DNA of 63,231 nucleotides, counting the filler, from Licmophora abbreviata (lineage: Eukaryota): assembly GCA_900291995.1 (NCBI GenBank). It is 13 parts of 13 records of this genome, joined end to end, with 100 filler letters (N's around TTAATTAATTAA, not from the genome) between each part and the next. Parts side by side here need not be neighbours in the genome. Positions count along the whole stretch, not along the records: positions 1 to 6,243 come from OLMU01005514.1; positions 6,344 to 17,151 come from OLMU01005516.1; 11 more parts are not named here. One strand, written 5' to 3'. Position numbers and translations under genes: made by a program. The notes below the pieces were generated by a model. That model was given only the letters and a program-made list of their open reading frames with translations. It did no database searches and was not told the DNA's origin. Positions within the stretch are counted from its first letter, which is position 1. Each line of letters opens with the position of its first letter. This document shows positions 1 through 10,027 of the stretch, piece after piece.

Positions 1-1
1 C

Positions 2-2221
2 TGTCTGGACCGGGAGCAGTGGGATCCAGTCATCTACGAAGCGCTCGGAGAGCTACACGCTTACTGCGCTGGGAGCAATTCCAACGGCTCTGCTGCTGTA
101 GGGCAGACTGCCAGTTGGGACGAGACCAAGGCTGCTGTCGGAGAGTCCAATTCTACTGCAAAGCCTACCTCGAGTACTGTTACATCCTCTTCAACGCATC
201 AGCACAAGCACTTCAAGATTGCCAGTCTTGGGAAAAAGTTTGCTCAGCAAGTAGGACTCGCGCCCGTCACTCACTCGGCGGCTTTGAAGAATCCGGAAAA
301 GGCCTCCGCCACCTCGCAGAAGAACGCCTCCCGGGCCAAAGCCGATCTTGACAGCCTCAATTTAGAAACTGCCAAGCACCGGAATCATGCAGATCAGGAG
401 TGGTGCGAAGAGCACTTTTGCGTCGGGTGTGCTTGCAAGGAAGGTCGCGGTGGAAACAACGTGGCGACGGCGACTACTTCTGGAGCAGCAGCCGCGCGAA
501 GCGAAACCACCAACACCGTGTCCACTTCGGCAACCACGACCACGTCGACTGCGAAGACTCGTCCTGCTTTTCAGCGTCCTACTAATCCGAAATCGACTCT
601 CATTGCCAATGGATGGATGGAACAGCAGCGTCGTTCCAGGATGAGAGTCGTCTGGAAGGAAGTGCTGGCGAGCTTGGTCGAGGGACGCCGGGAAGGGGAA
701 GAAACTACTCTCTGGATTCAACGAGAAGTTCAGAACGGCGAAAAAACAGAACTGGAAGCCTTGCATCAAATTCCCATCAAATGGGTAGAAGGAGTCGAGT
801 ATTTGGACTACTCGACCGACCATCGCTTCGCTGTCAAGGTGTACAATGTGCAAGACGATTTTTTGTTTCGATGTGTTGACGAGGATAGTGCCCAGAACTG
901 GGTTTTGACGTTGAGAAGTGTAAAAGAGATTGCGAGCAAGGCTGAAATGGCTTCGAAAACACCGCCGAAGGAAATGCTGTCGACCGAGCAGGAAGCACCT
1001 GACATGGAGACTCCCGCGGAGTCCGCAGTCGGTCATCGCATGCCAATCAAGGAATTACGCGCGATTGCTCATGGCCATGGTGTTAACACCATGGGGATGG
1101 AGCGCTCGGAACTGGAGGGTGTCGTGGCAGGTATTATCGCTGGAGGGACAGCCGTTCAGAAGCCAACGTCGACGACTGAACCGAGTCATGAAGCTCAGCA
1201 GAGACAGGTTGCGGACGAAGAGCGGCGAGCAAAGATAGCAGAAGAAGAACAACGTCGGCGTCAGGCGAGCGAAGCGGAAGCACAGCGCCATCGCCAAGAG
1301 GAAGAAGCGCGTCGACGCCAAGCTGAAGAGGAGCAGCGAATTCGGCACGGGGAAGAGGAACGACGACGGCGCCAAGCAGCACAGGTGGAGGCAAAGCGTC
1401 GGCAGCAATTGGAAGAGGAGCAGCGTCGAAAGGTGGCAGAGGCGGAAGCACTGCGTCGTCGACAGGCAGAAGAGGAGCAGCGACGCCGGCAGGCAGCCGC
1501 CGAGGCAGAAGCACAGCGACGCCGGCAGGCAGAAGAGGAGCAGCGACGACGTGCACACGAGGAAGCTCAGCGACAGCAGTGGCAGCAATACCAGCAACAA
1601 CAACAGTGGCAGCAGCAACAACAACGACAGCAACAGCAACAACAATGGCAGCAGCAACAGTTTCGCGGTCAACAACAAGTCCCCGTTCAGCAGCACTTTC
1701 ACGGCGCTAATGGGGCCCCACCTCCCGGTGCTCGTCCGCAGCAAGCTCCATCGGCTCCACATGCAGAAGCCTCTCCCGCCAGTGACAAGTATGCCAAGAT
1801 GGCTCATCAGACTGAGGATGCCTCCGGGGCCTCGGTCACTGCGATCAAGCACAGCATTCTGATCCATTGGGCGCTTCAGCCACCACAGCTTCAGATGTTG
1901 CGTCCGATCCAGATGCTCCTGTCTTCTGTTCATACCGTGTTCCCTCCTTCATTTGGCGTAGCGGGCCATGAGTACTTCAAGAAGTGGACACCGCTGCCGC
2001 TCAACGAACTGACTCATGGAGGCCCTATGGGAAATGCTCCGGACGATACGAAGCTCAAAAAGGCAGTCAGGAAGTTGAGGTTCTTTTTGCATCCTGACAA
2101 GCTTCCATCAGATCTCAATGACAGTCAGCTGTTCATGTGCAAGATGCTGTGGGATATCACCAATGATGCATGGGAAGAGCACCAGAAGCACACGGAGGAT
2201 CTTGATTGGATGAGGAAGTGA
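2..2221 (+). CDS. PH-domain, coiled-coil/polyQ protein with C-terminal auxilin/Swa2-type J domain (5' partial)
   Basis: Frame is open from position 2, so the listed TTG at 284 is not the true start. PH-like segment IANGWMEQQRRSRMRVVWKEV...FLFRCVDEDSAQNWVLTL. EEEQRRRQA repeats and polyQ. C-terminus HWAL..LLSSVHTVF..W..L..L..KLKKAVRKLRFFLHPDKL..MLWDITNDAW matches the auxilin-type J domain with HPD. Confidence 0.8.
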   Translation, partial: CLDREQWDPVIYEALGELHAYCAGSNSNGSAAVGQTASWDETKAAVGESNSTAKPTSSTVTSSSTHQHKHFKIASLGKKFAQQVGLAPVTHSAALKNPEKASATSQKNASRAKADLDSLNLETAKHRNHADQEWCEEHFCVGCACKEGRGGNNVATATTSGAAAARSETTNTVSTSATTTTSTAKTRPAFQRPTNPKSTLIANGWMEQQRRSRMRVVWKEVLASLVEGRREGEETTLWIQREVQNGEKTELEALHQIPIKWVEGVEYLDYSTDHRFAVKVYNVQDDFLFRCVDEDSAQNWVLTLRSVKEIASKAEMASKTPPKEMLSTEQEAPDMETPAESAVGHRMPIKELRAIAHGHGVNTMGMERSELEGVVAGIIAGGTAVQKPTSTTEPSHEAQQRQVADEERRAKIAEEEQRRRQASEAEAQRHRQEEEARRRQAEEEQRIRHGEEERRRRQAAQVEAKRRQQLEEEQRRKVAEAEALRRRQAEEEQRRRQAAAEAEAQRRRQAEEEQRRRAHEEAQRQQWQQYQQQQQWQQQQQRQQQQQQWQQQQFRGQQQVPVQQHFHGANGAPPPGARPQQAPSAPHAEASPASDKYAKMAHQTEDASGASVTAIKHSILIHWALQPPQLQMLRPIQMLLSSVHTVFPPSFGVAGHEYFKKWTPLPLNELTHGGPMGNAPDDTKLKKAVRKLRFFLHPDKLPSDLNDSQLFMCKMLWDITNDAWEEHQKHTEDLDWMRK
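1225..1680 (+). repeat. Coding low-complexity repeats: degenerate EEEQRRRQA units followed by a CAG/CAA polyQ tract
   Basis: Recurrent gaagaggagcagcgacgccggcagg units, then caacaacag runs. Confidence 0.85.
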
Positions 2222-2585
2222 CAAGGTGGGCTAGATTTGAGGCGCAGCTTCTCTCCGAAGCCTCTGCGTGCGCTCATTCTTCCTAGAGAAAGTAGATTTG
2301 TGGGTCTATAGTTCGTTTTGTTGCTTATTAGAGGTCGGCGAAATCTCCTGTGAAGGGCTGTTGTTTCAAATTCATCCGAGTCAGTCTATTCAGTCATGCC
2401 TCGCATGCACGACTCACTCGAATCTAGTTTTTGGTTTTTCTTTACTCACAACTAAACCGCGACGACCGACAACGGTGCTTGTTCTTTTGATATATAGAAC
2501 CTAGTCTAGAGTCTGGTGAAGCGAGTGCACAAGTCGCAACTGACGAGCTGTTTGAGATTGGACACAACGCGAAGCCTTGCGCAAT

Positions 2586-4658
2586 ATGAAAGACGAAGAG
2601 ATTCGCGAGCTGGTGCTTGCCGAGCTTCGTTCCGAAAAGGTCAAGTTGTGGCTGCCCCCTTTTGTCGAGGAGAACAGCTCCCGCGCCAATCGAACCGAAA
2701 TCAATCATCTCGCGGAAAGGCTGGCGACAAAGATTCCCAAATACACGAAGGAGCCAGTCTATGCGGCTCTCATGTCCTTGCAGGAACATTCTTTGGCGAA
2801 ACTCGCCGCCAAAACAAGCTCATCCAAAAAGCCAGTCGCTGCGAATGCTACTCATTCTGTCGAGATCAAACTTCTTGGATTGAAGAATGATTCTCCGTCT
2901 GCTGAACTTGAAAACATTTCCGTGGACTCCTGGGCAACTAGGGTAAATCTGGATGGACGAGTTCTTCGGCTGGATTGTGTGAATCCAGACTTGAACGCAG
3001 TCAGCTTCATGGAAGGGCTCCGGCTGATGCTCAAAGCTTCCTCGGTTCGACTGGTGCATCGGGGAAAATCCATTCCCTCGACGAAAGATCGGCTCGTTTC
3101 CTTTATCCGCTCATCGGCGAAGGAGACTCCAACAGCCAATGTTCTGTGCTTGGTATCGTATGATGAGACCTCGCGAGTTGCCGAGGACGGGGATCGTGCA
3201 CTAGCCGGCCGAATCCGCGATGGTGCCTCCAGGCTGCCATTGGACAGAATGCTTGATCTGACAGATCAGCACGGAGCGAACGTATCGATGCGTCCAAGCG
3301 ATAAAGTTGCCTTTGTCAGCGCACTAGGACTACATCGCTTGGGACGACAACGTATGGATCAGGAGGAAAACATCGCGTCTGCACTGTTCCTTCTTTTGGA
3401 AGCTGATCACGACTGGAGCGGCGTGAGTTCACATTGGAGATCCAAGGTGGACAACTATGGTTTGCTACAAATCGATATTGCATGGGTTTACTTCAAGCTT
3501 CAGTCCATGACGCACTTGCCTGACGCTATGAAGCGATTGGAAATTGCCGAAGCGATGTTGCGTCAACAAGTCCACATGAACTTCGTCACGTTGGCCGTAA
3601 CTCAAGCCGAAATGGGAAATCCAGTGCCGCCTTTGGCAGCCATCTTTTGTCGGCTCTTTCTTTTGCAAGGTATCGCCTACTCCTACTCTCCCGAGCATCA
3701 GTCGAGAAGTCAGGAACGTCTTGATTGGGCTCACCTGCTGTGTCGGAGTCTGCGCGACGTCTCACCAGGACCCAAGGTGGAAGTTCTTTGTGAGGCCACG
3801 GGAGTCTCACAGTGTCTAGCCATTGCTGCCTTACGTAAAGTGAATGGCAATGCTGATCGTGCTATCGACTTGTTGGAAGAGAGCAGCACAAATGATGAAC
3901 GTCAGAGAGAGCGAAGAGAGCGACAACGCAAGTTAGGACGCTGCAAGAATTCGACCGACTACGTGAACCTCGACCTCATTCCTGCGCTGCAAGGCATTCT
4001 GGGTTTCTCTCAAGTGTCTCAGGTGCCTTTGGGGACTCTGCAGACGATGGACCTAGGCTACACCGTATCTGCCGGGCTGCTCAGGCTTGCCGATAACAAC
4101 TTGCAAAGTGCCATTGATATCTTCCAGGAGACGCACCAAAACTCGGACGCAGTATTGCAGCGTATTTCCAATCTCGACCGTCAATTCGAAGACCAGAACG
4201 TTGTCTCCGGGAGGGCCAGAAAACGTACAAGGAACGCGGAGGAGAGCGGGTTGATGGAGGTAGATGAAGTTGCCTTGGCAACCTTGCTCAGTATGGGAGT
4301 CGACCGTGCACATGCCTCGGAAGCTCTTCTCCAGTCCGAAAACAACACGGAACGCTCTCTTTTGTGGCTTGCGAATCGAGGTGATGAACATGTTGGTACG
4401 GTGCACCAACGCAGTGGTCAAGTCGGTGAAGACGCAGCTGGTCGGCAGGGCGAAGTAGAGGCAGCAGCGCACAAGCCCGGCGATGAAGCGAAGGTTGGAG
4501 CTGTGGATATCCGTCAAGACGAAGAACGAATTCAGGCTGAACAGTTCTTGAGACAAGAGCTCAAAGAGGTACTGCAGGACAGCAATAATGACAAGGACTA
4601 CCTTGGCAGCACACTTGACGAGGAGTGGGCGTTCCTATCCAGTTTTGCATCTCGCTAG
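2586..4658 (+). CDS. NUB1: NUB1 (NEDD8 ultimate buster 1)-like protein with UBA domains
   Basis: Motifs DNYGLLQIDIAWVYFKL and RLFLLQGIAY. UBA-like segments AIAALRKVNGNADRAIDLL and ALATLLSMGVDRAHASEALLQSENNTERSLLWL. C-terminal DYLGSTLDEE. First ATG at 2586 after an in-frame TGA at 2553. Confidence 0.75.
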   Translation: MKDEEIRELVLAELRSEKVKLWLPPFVEENSSRANRTEINHLAERLATKIPKYTKEPVYAALMSLQEHSLAKLAAKTSSSKKPVAANATHSVEIKLLGLKNDSPSAELENISVDSWATRVNLDGRVLRLDCVNPDLNAVSFMEGLRLMLKASSVRLVHRGKSIPSTKDRLVSFIRSSAKETPTANVLCLVSYDETSRVAEDGDRALAGRIRDGASRLPLDRMLDLTDQHGANVSMRPSDKVAFVSALGLHRLGRQRMDQEENIASALFLLLEADHDWSGVSSHWRSKVDNYGLLQIDIAWVYFKLQSMTHLPDAMKRLEIAEAMLRQQVHMNFVTLAVTQAEMGNPVPPLAAIFCRLFLLQGIAYSYSPEHQSRSQERLDWAHLLCRSLRDVSPGPKVEVLCEATGVSQCLAIAALRKVNGNADRAIDLLEESSTNDERQRERRERQRKLGRCKNSTDYVNLDLIPALQGILGFSQVSQVPLGTLQTMDLGYTVSAGLLRLADNNLQSAIDIFQETHQNSDAVLQRISNLDRQFEDQNVVSGRARKRTRNAEESGLMEVDEVALATLLSMGVDRAHASEALLQSENNTERSLLWLANRGDEHVGTVHQRSGQVGEDAAGRQGEVEAAAHKPGDEAKVGAVDIRQDEERIQAEQFLRQELKEVLQDSNNDKDYLGSTLDEEWAFLSSFASR

Positions 4659-5191
4659 TTTTGATCCCATAGCTTTCAAGAGTCGTCGTGCGGCAATAAA
4701 ACTGAAGGCACGAACTATCCCGATGCAAAGCGTAGCAAGGCTTATTATTTTCACATACTGCTAGAGAAGTACCTGGTATGTTATCATATGATATGGGGTA
4801 CCTTGGTACGCCCTATCCTAGACCCCAGTCGAATGCGTAAGAATGGAGGAGAAGCGGAGAGCTCTGGGAGTCAGTCGTCAGTCGAGCGAGTCGAGTCAGT
4901 CAGTGATGACTGACTCTTCAGTCACCAGTCGAGTTTCCAGGAATCAGTCGAGTGAGTCGAGTCCCGCCACAATTCCGTCCACCCGTCGACCGGAAAACGG
5001 ATCGCGCCCAACGTCATCGAACGTCAACCGTCCGATCGCGCTGTGAGTGTGTGTGGCTGTTTGATGTGTTGCCTGTCCACCGCCGCCGATGTCGCGATCT
5101 TTTCGTAGGTCTTAAAGCTATTGATATCGTACCAGGTACCCTCCCGGTCAATCCACTTTCTTCCAGCCTACCCACCCTTGTTGTGTTTGCC

Positions 5192-6243
5192 ATGGTCCTC
5201 CGGTTCGCGTCTCTAGTAGCCTGCTTGGTGGCGTCTTCTCAGGCATTCACACCGACACCGAAAAGTCATGTCCCCTCGACACATCAGTTCGCTAAGTCTA
5301 CTGCCGCCCCTAGCAGCACTCGCCTGATGGCCGAATCTACTCGTCATTTGGGAATTTTCGGAGGTGGAACTGTTGGTGGTGGGATCGTGGAGATTCTAGG
5401 ACGGAAGGCTGACTATGTTCATCAGCTCACGGGAAGCAACCTCGAGATCGACAAGATATGCGTACGAGATGACAGCAAGGACCGTGACTTTGAGGTCCCG
5501 GAAGGATGCAGCATTACGACAAAGTATTCTGATATCCTGGACGATGAATCCATTGATATGGTGGTCGAGGTCATGGGAGGAACAGACGATGCCAAAGATA
5601 TTGTTTACGAGGCACTTCGCAAGGGAAAGGACGTCGTCACTGCTAACAAGGCACTCATTGCCAAGCATCTACCTGAAATCGAAGATATTCTGAATGAAGT
5701 CAACGCTGGCCGCGAAAACCCTGTGGAGTTCCGCTATGAGGCTGCCGTTTGTGGTGGTATTCCAGTGATTCGGTCTATGCAGTCAGACTTTGTCGGGGAC
5801 GAAATCTCGGTAGTCAGCGGAATCATCAATGGATGCACCAACTTCATGCTCACCGGCATGGATCGCGACAACATGTCCTACGACGAGGCACTGGCGGAAG
5901 CATCACGCCTAGGATATGCCGAAGCTGACCCTACGCTTGACGTGGGTGGCTTCGATGCTCGTTCCAAGCTCCGAATCTTGATGCGTCTAGCGTACGGCAT
6001 CGAAGTCGAAGAGGATGAAATCTCTTGTCGTGGAATCACCGAGTTGACAAAGCTCGACTTTGAGTACGCAAAGATGATGGGTGGAACGATCAAGCTCCTT
6101 GGTGTCTCAAGAAAAGTGGACGACAAGCGCGTGGCTGCTTTTGTTGCTCCATGCTACGTCACTTCGGATGATTCGCTCGCCAGTGTTGCAGGCGCTACAA
6201 ATGCGATTGAGATCACCTCCTCCAACCTCGTCTCCTCCACGTA
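5192..6243 (+). CDS. hom: Homoserine dehydrogenase, plastid-targeted (3' truncated at gap)
   Basis: Motifs GGGTVGGG, VVEVMGG, VVTANK, EAAVCGGIP, GIINGCTNFML, GYAEADPTLDVGGFDA. ATG 5192 gives the bipartite presequence MVLRFASLVACLVASSQA-FTP. Confidence 0.92.
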
Positions 6244-6343
6244 NNNNNNNNNNNNNNNNNNNNNNNNNNNNNNNNNNNNNNNNNNNNTTAATTAATTAAN
6301 NNNNNNNNNNNNNNNNNNNNNNNNNNNNNNNNNNNNNNNNNNN
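6244..6343. other. Artificial contig linker (N44-TTAATTAATTAA-N44). Identical copies at 17152, 24598, 27060, 31850, 33864, 35823, 40613, 45612, 52597, 59954 and 61351, each 100 nt
   Basis: Twelve identical spacers carrying a six-frame stop 12-mer. Confidence 0.99.
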
Positions 6344-8471
6344 ATTAAAGTGAGAACGACGACCAGTACTCCTTCCTGAAGAACACTTCGTCTTATGATT
6401 TTGATGGCGCAAAAAAGCGTTGTTCGTGTGCGTGTGGCGATTTGGCGCGACTTCAACCACGTATGTACGAGTATTCACCTAGAGTTCTACGTAGCAAGGT
6501 TGATGATGCCGCGGTCCGATTGCATCGGCATCACAGAGCTGGAGACGGACAGACCTACAATCTGCTCCTCTGTACGTCACGAGGTGGCTATACACTACCC
6601 GTAGCTACCCTAAAGGTACAGGTACAAGGTACCAAAAAGACTCACTCGCCTTCGACTGGTCCAAAGAGCAGACCAAGAGGGGGACTGAGCTCAAAGGGGG
6701 ACTGAGCTCATGTCTCAGCCAGGTTTGCTAGAACAATTGAACCACCAGAGCAACACTCCACTGAGGGTGTGAAGGCTTTGACGAGCGCGACATCCGAACG
6801 AACGAACGAGAAGAAAAAGCGGATGCAAAGAAGAAGCAAGAAGTGGTTTGTCCTTCGGAGATCTGGTTGCTTGTGCATGCATCTAGTAGCTACTAGCTGG
6901 GCACTGGCTGGTGCCAAAATGTGAGTGTCCTCTCCCTCTTGCTCCTTGGGTGGCCCTCACTCACACCAACAGCACCCAGGTAGCTTCTTCATCTGTTGTT
7001 GTGCTGGGACTAGCTACTAGCTACAGCAGCATCATGCGCTGGCCGGTGTGTTGAGGTGCGCAAGACCATGGGCCTCACATTTACACACAGACCACAGCTG
7101 GGAGAGACAAAGGTGGAAGATTATGGTTAGAGAGTTGGCTTGTTGGACAGATGCCACCTTCACCACTTCCATGGCTGCCAAAGCACACAAGCAAGTTCTC
7201 CGTCTGCAGCTCCCTTGTGGTATGCTGTCTCCTTGCCATGGCCCATTAACAGCCACTGGACTCACCACCAACCATTTCCGTTTTTACAGTGACTCCTACC
7301 AGAATGTGTTGTCTTCTAGCTACACATTGGGGGGGCCTTCTTACAGGGGAGCCTCAACAAGAAGACATGATCTCAGAGTAGTATCTTAATTTCAGAGTCT
7401 AGCTAGCACAGCTATCTGATATCATTTACAATAGCGTAGCTTGCCGGAACTGGGAGAGCCTTTACCTAGTAGGTGGCTGGGCAGGTCCCACAAAATGGGC
7501 AGCCTTGCTATGTGGTACTGGCTGCTGCCTGGTGGGTACTCACACCAAGACCATGTTCGGCCATATGGAGGAAGAACATACAAGCAGCAGAGCCGCAGAC
7601 ATGGTGGAGCTACAGAATCAGGCAGGAGGAGAGCAAAAAGCTACTATTCCTTGGACTGGATTGAATGTGAGGGAGAGCATTGCCCTCACTGCTTTCTCAT
7701 CCCACTCAAAGTACTAGCCATTCTCATGTGATAGTCAGAATGCATGCCTGATGGTCAAGCGGAGCCGCTTTTTAGAGCCTTGGTGCTTGCTTGCGGATAC
7801 TACACCATATGTTCTGCCTGACCCGGATGTCATCTTCCTTCCACAGTCAAGGAGGGCAGATTTGTGTACTAGCTGGCTGCTATGATCATGGCACAACTAA
7901 CCTGACGTGTCTGGGAGGTGTGGAATGGTGCTTTGGGGGCTTTGTTGGTGAGACACCAAGTGGTAGATCATTGTGCGTATGCGCAGGAGCTCATGCCCAG
8001 GAGCTCATTGGCGAACATAACATCCAAACAGAGGGAAATTGAAGGGGTAGCCTCTCCCTTTCCAACTTGATTGCAGGCATGGGAGCAATGATGGATGGAG
8101 ATTTCAAAAAGGAGGACTTTCAGAAGGACACCAATGCAATATCCTGAATGACCAAGAGCAGACGTTCATGTAACTTTTATCGCACTGATTGATGAACAGA
8201 CATTTTGTTTACCCTATACTAGCTAGAATAGCTCAACAGACCAACGTCTGTGAGATAGACACTCTAAGTCACGTGCAATGTCACTGACAATCTAAATAAA
8301 ATGCTGAGCATTAGCTACAAGAGAGACTTCTGATGTCATCTCTACTTATCTCCTAGTACGAGTCACAGAGTATGCAAAGGCGTGAGAACAAAAATATTGA
8401 ATTGCACATTGCGTGGCAGAAGCCTCCTTTTAACTACAGCTGCAACTTCCCACACTGAGCGTAGCTAGTAG

Positions 8472-8653
8472 TGAGAATCCCTGGCCAGGAGGATCACTGG
8501 CTTGCTATCTATTTATATATGGACCAAAAGTTGGGCCAATCACAAGCCTCTGGACAGATGAAAAGTGCCAGAAGAAAACGTAGACCCAAAGTAGGCGTAA
8601 AGCTCATTTCTATTTTACTCTGCAACAATCTTCCTTGTTGCCCCTAGACTACA
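8472..8653 (+). mobile_element. Possible 5' LTR of the Gypsy-like element
   Basis: TG...CA bounded segment with a TATA-like tatttatatat, about 70 nt upstream of the gag ATG. No second copy is visible in the window. Confidence 0.25.
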
Positions 8654-8722
8654 CCCATAGTGCACAGTGTTGACACTCACCAAGTGTTTAGTCTTGGAAA
8701 AAACTATACCCAGCCAGAAACC

Positions 8723-10027
8723 ATGACTCTTGTCAGGATTCCCCAAGAACCCAAAAACACAGCCAAGCCTTCCTTTTGTTCTCTGCTCATCCCCTTGGAG
8801 CGGCCTGAGACAAAAACTTTCAAGAAAGGAGAGGTCACCTTGAAGTGTGTCCCACAACACCAGGAGATAACACCTCTTAGCAGTACGAGATCAGTATCCC
8901 GAAGAATTTCCGTAAAATCTTAATCGGGCAGAACCTCAATGGAGGCCCCGCAAAGTACGTCATGATGCGCCGCTTGCTGGAGGGAGATGCCCTCGCAGCC
9001 TTCAATCAGGCTGCCGCGGCTCATGGCAATGAGACCAACCAGAATTTCAAGTCTGCAGTTGATGATCTCACGACGCATGTCTTCCCATAGCGTGCCTTGG
9101 CGATTCAGCGTTGCTACATGCGTAAGCCCCGAGACATGGGTACGCGACTCTACCTGATTAATCTCACAGAGATGAATGAGTACCTGCGCCGTTTCCCTGA
9201 CGGAGGCAATGCCGGGGTTCTCAGGGAGGAAGACCTCTGCGACATCCTAGAGTTTGGCATCCCCAGCTCCTGGCAGCTGCTTGTTGGAGGGAGATGCCCT
9301 TGCAGCCTTCAATCAGGCTGTCGCAGCTCATTGGAATGAGACCAGCCAGAATTTCGATTCTGCGGTCAAAGATCTCACGATGCATGTCTTTCCACAGCAT
9401 GCATTGGCGATTCAGCGTCGCTACATGCCTCGCTACATGCGCAAGCCCCGTGAGATGGGGCCACGCCTCTACCTCATTCGTCTCACGGAGATGAATGAGT
9501 ACCTGGGCCATTTCTCTGACGGAGGCAATGCCGGGGTTCTCAGCGAGGAAGACCTCTGTGACATCCTGGAGTTTGGCATCCCCAACTCCTGGCAGCCGCT
9601 TGTCGAAGGGAGATACCCTGGCCGCAACTCATGGTAGTAACAAGACCAACCACAACTTTGAGTCTGCAGTTGGCGATCCTCATGTCTTTCCTCAGCGTGC
9701 GTTGGGGATTCAGCGTCCCTACATGCGTCGTTACATGGTACGGGACTCTATTTGATTCGTCTCACAGAGATGAATGAGTACCTTGATGGAGACGATGCTG
9801 TGTTTCTCAGCAAGGAGGACCTCTGCAATATCCTAGAGTTTGGCATTCCCAACTCCTGGCAGAAACGGATGACTCTAGATGGATTGGATCCACAACTTCA
9901 TGCTCCCACCGAGGTGATGGAGTATTGCGAGCACTCTGAAGTTACAGAAGATAATCTTGCGCCAAATGATGCTGGCGTGACGGACAAACGGGGTCATGAG
10001 AGCAAGACCAAGTCGAATCAGGAGTGA
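8723..10027 (+). mobile_element. Degenerate Ty3/Gypsy-type LTR retrotransposon gag with tandemly triplicated core
   Basis: Fragments LIPLERPETKTFKKGE, GQNLNGGPAKYVMMRRLLEGDALAAF, HVFPQRALAIQRRYMRRYMRKP, EMNEYL, DILEFGIPNSWQKRMTLDGLDP..EVMEYCE resemble diatom retrotransposon gag (recognised from memory). Stops and frameshifts present. No pol downstream. Confidence 0.65.
8970..9862 (+). repeat. Three tandem diverged units (8970-9276, 9277-9595, 9596-9862)
   Basis: Each unit begins c(c/t)gcttg...agggagat and ends gagtttggcat(c/t)ccca(a/g)ctcctggcag. Confidence 0.95.

Noticed and set aside
362..1933. Long antisense ORFs (224, 292 and 140 aa) opposite gene 1
   Set aside because: Shadows of a GC-rich, repetitive coding strand with no recognisable domains.
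4952..5191. 80-aa N-terminal extension of homoserine dehydrogenase from a GTG
   Set aside because: Nuclear gene; ATG 5192 yields a proper signal and transit peptide.
7030..8150. Cluster of short ORFs as real genes
   Set aside because: Fragmented across frames, CpG-eroded and without a recognisable motif; probably an unidentifiable TE relic.
8970..9862. Tandem repeats as a CRISPR array
   Set aside because: Units are about 300 nt, protein-like and have no unique spacers; the context is eukaryotic and no cas genes are present.
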